Assembly: GCA_973895155.1 (NCBI GenBank)
Contig: OZ316895.1
Span: 7,056,184-7,120,183, forward strand
Direction of reading: 5' to 3'
From: Marsupella aquatica
Taxonomy: Eukaryota > Plantae > Marchantiophyta
Length of the DNA stretch: 64,000 nt
Positions within the stretch are counted from its first letter, which is position 1. Each line of letters begins with the position of its first letter. Positions 49,161 to 61,035 of this stretch are shown here, in pieces. A program made the position numbers and the translations under genes. The notes beneath the pieces were generated by a model. The model was given only the letters and a program-made list of their open reading frames with translations, ran no database searches and was not told the origin of the DNA.

Positions 49161-49488
49161 CAAGTCGGGTCGGAATTATTTCGACCCTCCTCCAACATTA
49201 TGTCTTAAAATGATTGAATTGACTAAACATTTACAAGTCGGGTCGGAATTATTTTGACCCGACTCCAACAATATGTCTTAAAATGATTGAATTGACTAAA
49301 CATTTACAAGTTGGGTCGGAATTATTTCGACCCTCCTCCAACAATATGTCTTAAAATGATTTAATTGACTAAACATTTACAAGTCGGGTCGGAATTATTT
49401 TGACCCTTCTCCAACAATATGTCTTAAAATGATTTAATTGACTAAACATTGACAAGTTGGGTTAGAATTATTTCGACCCTACTCCAAC
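49161..49488. repeat. 73-bp tandem repeat (4.5 copies), each with a hairpin, upstream of the transposase
   Basis: Units start at 49161, 49234, 49307, 49380 and 49453. Each contains agtcgggtc-ggaattatttt/c-gaccc(gact); copy 2 has a perfect 9-bp stem. Confidence 0.95.
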
Positions 49489-50776
49489 TATTAATTTGAA
49501 ATTATGTCAAAACTATTTGTGAAACTATCTTGCTTATGCTTTTATATACCAGTTTAAAATGCTAGTTAAGATGACCTAGTCAGGTCGGCACGAAATAATT
49601 CCAAACCACTTCTAGAAACTATGTTAGTATCACATAAAGGGGTACAGTAAGTTCTACACATGCTAGAGTGTGGATAAAGGTCTAGAAATGAGTAAAATAT
49701 ATGATCTAGAACCTAATGTGTAAATCTTAATCTAGGTTTGGCTTAAAGGTATTGAATTAGATGTAGTTGAGCTAGTACTTCTAAGATAAATAAATAAAAT
49801 CACTAACCTGCTCCGCAATATATCTCTGCCCACCCTTGTACAAGCTAAATGGGTACCTTGGATGCCAGCATTGTAACTCTTAGCACCACAGTGCTCACCA
49901 GTGCCCTTACTAAACCTTGCATTCAACCATGCGGACCTAAACAAGGCACTCGGACAGAGGAGAGTCAGTGATCGTACCAATCACTGTCTAAATGACAATG
50001 AACCAAAAAATGGATTGTGGGAGGTCTATACTCAGTTTGAGAGGCAAAAAGCCCACACATTACCCAGCACACGAGTGGACACCAACAAATCGGGCACGGG
50101 TGGATGAGGCACGCACCCAGCACACAAGTAGACATTGGATAGGGTGTCAGCCAATCACTCACGAGTGATAGGTGAGTTGCGAGCACACACCGCTGACAGC
50201 TCGGAAGTTTAAAATTGGTAGGTGAGTCGCGAGTGGTCGTGAGTGGTCACACCATCGGTGACTCACGATCACATGCAGCGAGGAGGGTCTCCATCATTGG
50301 CATGCATTGATGCCTCCATACCCTCTCGGATCCTTGCCTCCTCGGACTCCTCGCTCGCAGGGGGTATAGGAAGGAAGGCCTTGCGCTTGAGGCCTCATTT
50401 CCTTGCCTCCCTCTTGCCTCGCTCTAGGACTTTTGTTTTTGCCTCGCTCTTGGAATTTTGTTTCCGCCTTGCTCTAAGTCTTTTATTTCCGCCTTGCTCC
50501 CTTCCCTTTTGGGTCGCTCCCTCGATCATTATTTGCCTGTTAGTGCCCTCTTGCAGCCTGTGGCATTCTCCATTGCTGCCACGTGTCATCTTAAATCTCA
50601 CTCGCCCCTTACAATGTCTACTTCCTCCAGTTCTGAAGCTTCCACCACCTCCGCCAGTTCTGGTATGAATATGAACTTGAAGACCCAGATGTCCAAAAAT
50701 TGGTTAACAATGCGTTGGAGGCGTCAAAGAAAGCCCAGTTAACTTTTCCACGTAAGGCACCACCTGCTTCAACTTC

Positions 50777-53700
50777 TTGCCTCGCCCTAAGGGCGAGGCA
50801 ACATTACTTTAATTTGGATTTCAAACTTCTTATTAGAAAAATTTCTATATTCCTTTGCAGTCGCCTCGCCCCAAGGTCGAGGCGACGTCTACTTCATTCT
50901 AGATTTCTTGTTGCTCCGAAGGCGTATTGGACCTTGTATCTTACATTAATAAAGGATCTTTAGCTATATTCTATTTTTTGCCTCGCTCTTGGGGCGAGGC
51001 GATGTCGTCTGCATTCCTAAAATGTAGTCTGCATTCCCAGAAGTTGCCTCGCCCTTGGGGCGAGGCGATGTCCTCTGCATTCCTAAATGTTGTCTGCTTT
51101 CCCAGAAGTTGCCTCGCCCTTGGGGCAAGGCAATGTTGTCTGCATTCCTAAATGTTGTTTGCTTTCCCAGAAGTTGCCTCGCCCTTGGGGCAAGGCGATG
51201 TCGTCTGCATTCCTAAATAATGTTTGATTGCTTGGATGAGGTGGCAGGGCTAATTGCACTAGGAGCAAAGAAGATTTTGCAATCTTCTATTTGTCGCCTC
51301 GCCCCAAGGGCGAGGCACCTTGAAAGTTTTCCACATGTCAATGTTAAAAATATGATGCTAACCATTTTGTTGTCAATTTTTCTTACCAGGAAAAAATCTT
51401 GAGAAGCCGGAGTTAAATATTATGGACGAGGATATCAAGGACTTTGTTTTCCCTGACCAAGATACTCCAGGATTTAGATGGGCACTAGAAGTTGGGGTGT
51501 CGGCGGAAGGCAGTCTCTTGATTTGTTTCAAGGGCCTCACAAGTCAATTGAATGACCGCAAGACAATTGTTACTCTAGGTCCAGTCGTCCTTGTGAACAC
51601 GAACAACAACCGCAATGCAACGATTATTGTTGAGTCCAATGAGAAATCTCAGTGGATGAGACTTCTGGTGCCAATAAAACTCTACTTGACTTTATTGAAT
51701 GTTGAGTGGATGGCTCGATTGGAGATAAGCGTAGCTGATATGGGATTCTTCCCAGATGCAGTAACAATTGATCAGATGTTTGAGAAGACGCGTTCTCAAA
51801 TAAGTGTCTGAGTTGACCTAGTGTTTGGATTTCTCTACGTAATGAAGCACATGCATGACAATGCGGACAGTGTGGACCCTCCGTCTACTTGGATAGTTCA
51901 AAGGATGATTGAGAAGGCACATTTTTCATATGAGCAAGCAATCGACAAGAGTTTCATTTTTTGTCCAGAGTTTCAAGAGGCCGCGTGCCCCCTGGGCCCC
52001 CAGCATTATTAATAATAGGCTGGACGTGCGAACGGATGAAGGGTGCAAAAAATCTGATTTGAGATTAATTTTTATAATTGGCTTAGAAATATCAAGGGAT
52101 GGTTTTATTCAAAGAACCTTTTCTAACTAATATAGGCTTATATAAATGTCACCCAAATTAATATGCTTCAAGAGGTGATGTAATATGGATGTGACACGCG
52201 TCACAATAGGATTGGTCCTTGTGGTCACCCTTTATTGGAACATGTGTATATGACATATAATTATGCTTGCAACATCTATGATTCAGAGTAGTTTAGGACT
52301 TTGGAGCTTTTGAACCCTGACTACCCTGCCATGTGGTTCAAAAATGCCCCAAAGTTGAAGTTTGGGGTTAAAGGGTCACGAACACAAAAATGTATGTACC
52401 CAAAACCCTTCTAAAACACTCCCATCAGTTTTAGAACCGTTTGCACATGATAAATTTATAACTTTTCAAGGCTTTCATAAATGGTGTAAAATGTGAAATT
52501 ATAATATCTCAAAGGGGCAGATTTATTCTCCAAAATTAAGTTTTTAAGAATAACAAGAGAAATTTTTATAGGCTTCCAAAAATAATAAGGGGTACTAGGG
52601 AGGGGGGTGTACGCACGTATACCTCTTTAGTTTACAAAGGCTGGGGGCCCAGGGCGCGTGTCGGACGTGGATTTCAGAGATGAAGAAAAAAGAAGCAAAG
52701 CATAAGGCAAAGGAGAGAAAGAAGACAGTGGAAAGAAGTGCGCAATCAAAGACAGAGAAGAAACGAAAGCTTTGAGAGCCGGTTGTTCAACAAGAGACAC
52801 AATCTGGGAGTTCACGCCGTAAGAAGATGGCTAAAAAAAATGAAGATGATGAGGGCCCCCAAAAAAAGGAGACAAAGAAGGCAAAGGTTGCGAAATCAAA
52901 ACCAATGTCAGCGTCGACTTCAAACTTTGTCTTGCATCCAGAGGATGATATGTGTCTGACAGAAGGACCCAAAGAAGATGATGTGCTCAAAGGCCAAGAG
53001 GTTTTGCGTAATATTGAGCATTATTATACTTTTGGCATCCGCAAAGTTTTTGATATTCCTGTAAAAAGTATTAATCCGCCATCGGCCGTTTTTGTATATT
53101 GAATGTTCAATCTTTCGCATGCAATGGAGATATCAAAGTCTATGATGAAAAACCCTGGACAGGAACCACAAGTTGCTGATTTGATTCCGTATCGCGAGAG
53201 CACTAAACAGTTGCTTCATTATGACAACACACCTCAGGATAGGAAAGAGTTTTTGATTGGTGTGAAGAAGCATGAGATCCAATTCCTTGCCATCAGTGGC
53301 CAGCATTCTGCAAGAGCTGCCCAATGGATCCAAGGGTGGGCTGAGACTGACGCCAAGCTGACAGATCTTGCCAACAAACTAAAGTATAGGAAAGCAAGGA
53401 TCCTATCTGACCTCACTCCGAAGACAATTTTGGTTGAGCATTCAAGTTTATCGAATGTTGTCAATGATACTATGCAATTTAAGTCTTGTTTTTTAGAGAC
53501 TATTGTTCATGCACGAAGGCAGTTTGAGGAGTGCGGGAAACCGCCGCGTCCAGGGATTGGGACCAATCAAAATACAGACAGGAAAAACTATCAGGTACAT
53601 GTTGGAGCAACACAAACTATTCTTGATCCGCTTTGTTTAAAGATTGACAATGGTAGAGGTTTGCCTCGCCCCAAGGGCGAGGCTGCCTTTTCTTGTTTTC

Positions 53701-53843
53701 CTTGGTTAGAAGATTTAAGCAAATGTTTGCCTCACCCTCAGGGCGAGGCAACCTAGACTAGTCTCTCTAAGAATAATTCCCTAGTTCCGTTTCAGTCAAT
53801 TGCGGTTAGATGTAGAGGTTCGCCACGCCCTTGGGGCGAGGCG
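50777..53843. repeat. Ten copies of the palindrome GCCTCGCCC-N3-GGGCGAGGC (seven in intron 1, partly as a 65-bp tandem array; three in intron 2)
   Basis: Copies near 50777, 50862, 50978, 51044, 51109, 51174, 51295, 53661, 53727 and 53821. The first is a perfect TTGCCTCGCCC-TAA-GGGCGAGGCAA. Confidence 0.92.
51988..52654. mobile_element. Nested ~667-bp MITE inserted in the cargo gene exon
   Basis: TIRs CCCTGGGCCCCCAGC (51990-52004) and GCTGGGGGCCCAGGG (52640-52654). Direct repeat CGCGTG at 51982-51987 and 52655-52660. Removing the insert restores the reading frame QEAACRTWISEMKKK. Confidence 0.88.
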
Positions 53844-56800
53844 GCTTAGCCTGTTTCAAACAAAGGTATAAATTTTCTAACATATGCATTGTACCCTGAA
53901 ACTAATGTCAAGTCCATTGGATATGCAGGATTGGTTTGCCCTGGCAAAGGTTACAATGGGGAAGTCAAGCCTAAAGAGCATTTATTAGTTACTTTTTGCC
54001 AAAGATGAGCTCTTTGAATTATGGCGGAACGTGTGTGCAAAATGGTTGAGTGGGAAGCTCCAAGACGGGGCTGGTGGGTATGGAGGGCCAAGACCCCCAA
54101 AATTGATCACTCCCGGTACCTTTCGATGCTTTGAAGGAGAGATTAGTAGCAAACAGATAATTGAGATCTTGAAGGACGTTGAAGAGGAGCGTGTCTTGCT
54201 GAAGAAGGATATCACCAACAAATCAGAGCTTGTCGCAATGGGAGACTTGGCCCTTACAATCAAGATAATGTCCAAATTGATAACAGTCATTATTGGCTAT
54301 TTCGTGGAAAAGTATCGTGAGAAGTTTCCTGTTGGCACATCTTAGGAGTCTCTGGTGATATTGTTGCCTTCCTTGAAATCTGAGCTTGAGATGACAAAAT
54401 TGAGGAGAGCAGCGGGTGAGGTTTACCTCAACAATTCATTGAAGAATGTGGTCAAGGAGAGTTTCTCACAAAGTCTGATGGTCAGACTAGATGGGTTGTA
54501 TTGTAAAGAATTTGGTGGGATTGGTCATTCTCGCACGGAGCCTTTCTTGACATTTTTTAGTGATAATTTGATGAAGACGACCGTGCCGGAAATGCTACAA
54601 GAGCCTTCGCCTTTGTGTCCTCTTGCCATTGTTGACTTCAGTAGGCTCCGACAACATGTTTGGACCGATGCTGAAATTATTGCATTACTGCAATACATTG
54701 TGGATCTTCCAAGAAATCCAACAATTGTTGTTGTCATGACTGTGCATCCGGGGCCACTTGTTGCAAACATTTTGAGTGCCCTTAGGAAATTGCAACATGA
54801 AAAGGGAATGGACATCCACGTTGACTACGGGAGCTATCGACGGAGTGATACACCAGTTCCAGAGGGCTTACTTTTCAGTTGTGGTATGGAGGAGATAATC
54901 TTTGCAGGAATCACCACTGAGGAGAAATTTGATTGGAAGCAAGTGTTCAGGCCTAGATTTAATTGCCAATTTTCTTACAATTTGGCGATCGACCTTGATT
55001 TCCAATTAGTGGAAGACAAGACGGAGAAGCGAGATAAGAATAAGAGTAAGACAAGTAAGGAGACAGAGACTGAGTCAACTTCGGCATTTCACATTGGAGA
55101 TTTCTTACGAAAGGCTCCCATGTTTGAGATGGTGGGAAGTAGAGGTGGCTTTGTGAATATTCACGCTAAGCCAAAATGTATGCTGCAGAGTATTATTGAA
55201 TTTTTTTCGGCTGAAGGGGAGACTATACTTGACTTTTTCTCAAGAGGACAGGTTATGAAGGTGTCATTGTTGTGTTTCAGAGAATGTTTTGCGTATTCAC
55301 ACACTGAGGATGAATATGATTTCACTCAGGCATATGGAAGGGTTCTCTGCAAGAAAGTTCCTTCCATAATGAGTAACCGGATGGGCGGTTCCAAATTTGG
55401 TAGAGCCCACGATGGGGTTTCCGAGCATGTTTGCGCCAAAGAAGGCGTAGACCAAGGCGAAGATGAGATTGAGGAAGGAGAATTGGGTCACAACACAGAC
55501 GACATGGTCACCCGAAATTTGGATGAACGTGGAACACAAGTGGTAGGTATTCCCTACTTTGGTGTGGGGTTGGCCGATGTTGTGGGTCGACCTGAGGGCG
55601 ACCCACCAAGAAATCCCTTTGCCGGTGTAGAGAATTGGATGCACCAGTCGGACCCAGATCTTACATAGTCCACATCGGACGCACATTGGAAGGCAACCGC
55701 AGATGATCTAGGCAATATTGACGCAGTAGAATTGGGAGAAATGTCAGACATTGCGCTTGCAAAGGAGGATGATCGTTAAGTACCTGAGACCGCTGCAAAT
55801 GAAGTAGAGAAGGCAGGTGCTTCAAATCCTCCCCTGTCTCCTCTATATTGCTCATCAGAGACTAAATTGGTTTTTACAAGTGCTTCTACAGGAAGCCCAG
55901 TAGTATTATCATTTTCACAAAATTCTGGATCCGAGATCGGCAAGACTGGATATATGAAAATAGTCCGTCCTGCAACTGATTTTATATGGAGAAATGGACC
56001 AAAGGTTGGAATGATAGAATCACTAGACGATGCTCCAAAGATAATGGCAAAATCAGATTACAAAAAACTGAACTTGAGACTGAGCCCAGTTTTTGCACCC
56101 CCATCCTTTGAAGAGCAACTTCCCAGTGGTATCAATTCTGAGATACAGAGTGTTCTAGGTGATCAAACAATAGATGAATTTGGGCATTTTAAGCATTGGA
56201 AATTATTAGCCCTTTCTTTGGTTCTTGGTATTTTAATGACAATCTAAGCTTTATCTTTGTAATAATATACTTTTTTACAGACCAAAGTTCCGTCGTAGAA
56301 TCTCCTTCCTCAAAGGATTTTGTTGGCATTCCCTCGGAAAGCGTTGCTATGGAGGAAGGGTTTGACCCAGGTATACTTTGGATCTAAAAAATGGCAAGTG
56401 AATGTAATTAATGTTTTTCTAGGAGGGTCGCCCCAGGGTCGTTCCTCTCTACTTCAAATGCTATGACAAAGTTTGTTTGATTTCAAATTTTGAGAGTTTT
56501 CCTCCGTAGTAATTGTTTAAACTTTGAGTCGCATTGACTAAGGCTTATTTTAATATTTCCAGAATTCACTCCAATACTACACTCTCAGATCCGGCGAAAG
56601 CTCTTGGTTCTTGACCTTAACAAGATTTGTTGGGATTGCATTAAGACCAGAAGCTCAGGACCATGCCGAAATCAGACAAGTTTACGTGGTGTGCACTGGG
56701 GGAGACGTGGAGGGTTTAATTTCATGTATGTGGAGCGCCCATACCTCCACGAATTTCTATATGCAGCTTTCATGGTTTTTGATGTCACAATTTGGACCTG

Positions 56801-59800
56801 TGCAAGGAGGCCAAAAAAAATGGAGTTGATTTTCACTGAGGAGGAGCGACAGAAGTTCAAGTTTGTCTTTACTCAAGAAGATACCTTTGATAGTTGCATC
56901 CAAAGGCCAGATATAACAGATGGGAAGGCCAATTTACTTATGAAGAATTTGCAAACCATTTGGGACCGTTTTCCAGAAAAATATGATGCTTCTAATACAG
57001 TTCTTATTGATGATTCTCCATTGAAGGCATTTTTGAATTATGACGTGAATGGATTGTTTCCAAATCCATTTACTCACACAGCTTCAAATGACACTTTTTT
57101 TGCCCGAGATATTATGGCCGTATCTTTGCAAATTGAGAAAGGCTTACTGCGTTCAACATTATATCACTGTCAACAATCCAAAGTGGTTTGTTTTCAATTT
57201 ATTAACAAGCAAGGAGGATCATGCTGCCATCTATGCTCTTTTGGAACAGAAGTGGGGAGATTGTCGTTGTATCCATAAGGAGTTTGGAACCATCTTGGAT
57301 GTGACTCCTGAAGAGATTCCTTGGGACGAAAAGAACGAGGTGCAGCATTACCCACCACTGGAGACGTGGACCACGGATGAGATCGAAGAAACTGCAAACG
57401 TAATACTTGGAGACAACTATTCTGGTCCTCATAGACAAAATAGAAGGCATTTTATTTGGAAAGTTCTCAAAACTAGGGATCTCACCAATAAGTTTAAGAA
57501 CCACCATGCGAGAGATACTTGCAACCGTGACATCCGCTATGATAAATCAGGAAGCAGACTTTCTTGTTCAAATGAGTTTTGTCTTGATCATTAGGAGATA
57601 GGGTTGCTCTAGTGCCTACCCTGAATTGTACATTCATATTATGTCAAAGGATATGTTTTGAACATGTTGGATAAAGTAAATAATTAGGATATGCTTAGTG
57701 TGAGGCTCTCTCACTGGACTGGACAATTTAATAATTTTATAGTGGGTCAATCTCATTTTGACCCTTGATTTATGACCATCTATATTTTTTAATTTATAGA
57801 TGGTCTGAGTGGTATTGGCCTCTGATTTTTGGACTAAATCAAATTTAATCTAATTTTTAAATTAATTAGAATATATGATTTAAGTTATTATTAAACATTT
57901 GGGTGAAAAAAAACAAAATTTTGGGCGTTCAAAAGTGTATATTTGGGCTGAAAAAAATTAGCTTTTGGGAATGCTTTAATAGAAATTTGGCCTGAAAAAA
58001 TTAACTTTAGGGTTCATCTTATGGACTTTTAAAAGTACAGTTTTAATGAATATAGTGATCACATTGTTATTATAGAAGTAGATAATTATTTGAAGCAATC
58101 GTAGTATATACGAGTCTTCTGGTGAGAACATCACTGTTTCTTACAATTAAAATTGAGGAGTCCAAAATCAGATCAAACACTTTACTTGTTAGTTGGAGAG
58201 GAAATCATGCCAATAAGTGTAAAGTGTGTATGAACACTCATATGTTCAAGGCATATGCTGATACACTAAAAAATACGAGGTGTGAAGTAACTATCAGGCC
58301 CGGGGTGACTTGTGGACTAAGAGTCAAAGATGAAACTCGAATGATGAATCATTATTGTAAGCATTTCAATAATATGTTGTAAAATAACCAAATGCCAGAA
58401 TGCACAATACATGGGTGTATAGGTGATTTGCCAGAGTTTGATTCAAAATGTGATCGAATATACTACATACTTTCTCAAAAGAACATCAGCTGTTTCTATC
58501 AAAGACAGAATTAATTTGGCATCTATTAGACTGTCATAACATTCCATTGATTCCTAAATATGATAGTATGTACATATTCTGTCATTCGTGTCAGGATTGG
58601 AAGATGGAATCAAAACATTAGATTGAACGTGCTAACCATCTGCGTGATCACATCGAAGAGTTCTTGAAAGAGTGCAAAGTATATGATTACAGAGGTGTTT
58701 GAGTTCAACCTATCAATAGACAACAATTAGATACTCCTGACAGAAATATATCTTACAGAACTATAATAATCCCTTTCAAGTGTATATTGTGCATTCATGA
58801 CCAGCACATTTGTGATGAACAGAGACTTGGACCTGCATGTTATCAAATAGGTCTTAGTATTAGATATTTTGCTCACATTAGGACTCACTTAAAGATGATT
58901 CCATTAGACAGAGAAACATATATATTGCCATGCCTCAACAAAGAGGAGAATGATGGGGGAATGCTTCTCACTTTATGTAAGTACAATTTGAAGATGACAC
59001 GGTATGAATTGATTGAACACTTGAAAGGTGTATATTGTATATACTAGAGTAGTAGTTAACTAAGACGCGCATACATAGATAACTCATTAGTTACTCAATT
59101 TCACGCGTTCAGCTTCCATTTTGGCCCGATCCTCTTTAAATCTTCTCATACTATTGTGATTGATTACTCATGATTCTTCCTTTGCAGCCTCTACTAATAC
59201 TTCACTATTTTTCACGACATCTTTCAATGCTTTAACCGATGACTCCTCTTTTACCAAATCTTTGGCCAAACTCTCATGCAATGTTGTAACCTGCTTACTG
59301 TGTTGGTGCTCTAATCGACTGATCTGAGTTTTTACTGTGGCAACATTTTTCTTCTATGACGTCACTAAATCATTATGGATCTTTAATGCATCGGCAGCTT
59401 CATTTTTTTGTGCTTCCAGTTATTTATTGAACTCATCTATATCGGCCTAAGCTTTAGAATCTCATACCCCTTCATACTATTATTAGACTTGCTTAACATA
59501 TATGATAGTATACTTGAGAGATTTGACAATGTCATTCAAATTAGTAACTGTCTATTGTCTTGAGTTTTCATTATGAAACTCATCCCCAGCCTAACATCCT
59601 GTAAATTATCTGCATCTGAAATTGCTTTTGAGCCACCATCTTAAACCTTTTAATCATTTTTAACTTCTTTTTCTTTCTATTTTATACATCAACTTGAGTC
59701 ACTTATGTTTTACTTCTCTCCTACGTTTTAATGGTCTTGATTTTATTCCTTGGCAATAGACCTATACAAAGTAGTCTATACGTCTCTCAAAACAACATTG

Positions 59801-60519
59801 AGTAGCATATTAGCATGTTCCGATGATGAATCCACATGTTGAATTTCATGGATTGAATGCTTACGCCAATACTCTTCTTGATATTGCTCCAGTCATTGGA
59901 TTTTACACTAACTAAAATTTTTATCACTGAGGATGTCTTCAGACCACAATCCACCTGGTAAATCCTTTTCAATTTTAAAGTCAGATAGTATATTTCAGAT
60001 ACGTTCTCATATGCTTCAGTCCTTCTTACACTATCTCATCTTTGTAAATATGACAATACATTTTTTTTTGTCTGTTATTCATCTTGGTGCCCATCTGCAG
60101 GTAATTCAAGTGATTCTGTGCATATTATGTTATCTCTCGTGTGTAAATTGTTCAATTCTTGCAAACTATCCATGATATGCTCAGCGTTATGACACATCTG
60201 TTCATCTCGATCTACTACATATGGTCAATTTCATTGTCCTTCGACTCTCCACATGCAAGTTGAGTATTGAAGGTCAACTTCAACTGAGGTTGCTGATCGA
60301 TCGATGAATTTGACTAGATTATTCTCGGTTGTGTACATCTTCTCTATTGGGATGACCTGAGATGATCTATGTTCCACTATAGAATCCGTTGAGTCTTTCT
60401 CAACACATCCATTAAGAGCACAAAATAATCTGATGGCTCAGGTTTGTTCCCCTCCATTTATGAATTTGTAAGCAGATGAAAGATCTTTTTGGTGGCATAT
60501 ATTGCATATCATAAAATTA

Positions 60520-61035
60520 GATTAATCCATTTTTTATATCATTGGGGCCAACCTGCAAGTACACAGCCCACACGTTGGGTTTGTCATACCCAAGGTCTCC
60601 ATGATAAACTCTTAGCTATTGTTTTTATATCACCAAGGATAAACCCATTGTTTTTTCCCTATCATTAGTGCCAACTCACAAGTGCACAACACACATGATG
60701 TATTTTTCATACCATGATAAATCCAATGGTTTTTTTTACATCACTAGAGATTAATCCATTGGTTTATATATCATTAGGGCCAAGTTGCAAGTACACAGCC
60801 CACGTGTTGGATTTGTCATACCATGATAAACCCTATTGTTTTTTATATCACTAGGATATTGTTTTTTTAAATATCACCCCATTGTTTTTTATAACATTAG
60901 GGCCAAATCTCAAGTTTAGGGTACACGACCCAGTTCGTTTATAGGATCATTTTGACACTTCCTATTATTTTTCATATCACTAGGGATAAACCCATAATTG
61001 TGTTTTTTAATCATTAGAGCTAACTTGCAAGGACA
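60520..61035. repeat. Degenerate ~115-bp tandem array
   Basis: Recurring tatcatt(a/g)gggccaa.ttgcaagtacacagcccac...tttgtcataccatgataaa near 60535, 60660, 60768, 60890 and 61010. Confidence 0.7.

Larger units (their letters stand above)
50614..57594 (+). pseudogene. Transposon cargo pseudogene: ParB/Srx-like + degenerate beta-class N6/N4 DNA-methyltransferase-like + FCP1/NIF HAD-phosphatase-like
   Basis: Exons 50614-50662, 51390-53594 (interrupted by a MITE) and 53929 onward splice in frame; later exons are uncertain. ParB-like: FDIPVKSINPP...FLAISGQHSARAA. MTase-like: HAKPKCMLQSIIEFFSAEGETILDFFS.GQ. FCP1-like: LLVLDLN...RPYLHEFL...FDVTIWT...KNL..IW...SNTVLIDDSPLKA. In-frame stops at 51809, 52773, 53100, 53986, 54343 and 55666. 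Confidence 0.72.
44728..58057. mobile_element. 13.3-kb DNA transposon with CACTA-type termini carrying two divergent, decayed genes
   Basis: Left TIR CACTATATTTATTAAAACTG (44728-44747) and right TIR CAGTTTTAATGAATATAGTG (58038-58057) match at 19/20. AT flanks both ends (possible 2-bp TSD). The interior encodes a transposase (-) and a cargo gene (+). Confidence 0.85.

Noticed and set aside
49161-49488. CRISPR array (palindromic repeat at regular spacing)
   Set aside because: The intervening sequences are near-identical and not unique spacers; there are no cas genes and the context is eukaryotic.
50978-51240. CRISPR-like or bacterial REP array
   Set aside because: Spacers in the 65-bp array repeat each other (gtctgcattcctaaatgttgt), and the array lies in a spliceosomal intron of a TE gene.
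58060-60420. Possible decayed coding sequence right of the transposon
   Set aside because: Only short stop-riddled frames with no identifiable motif; left unannotated.
44657-60490. Direct repeats at 44657 and 60427 as LTRs of a 15.8-kb retroelement
   Set aside because: They are short, lack TG..CA ends and no gag/pol is present; they are better explained as copies of an older repeat, one interrupted by the CACTA-ended element.
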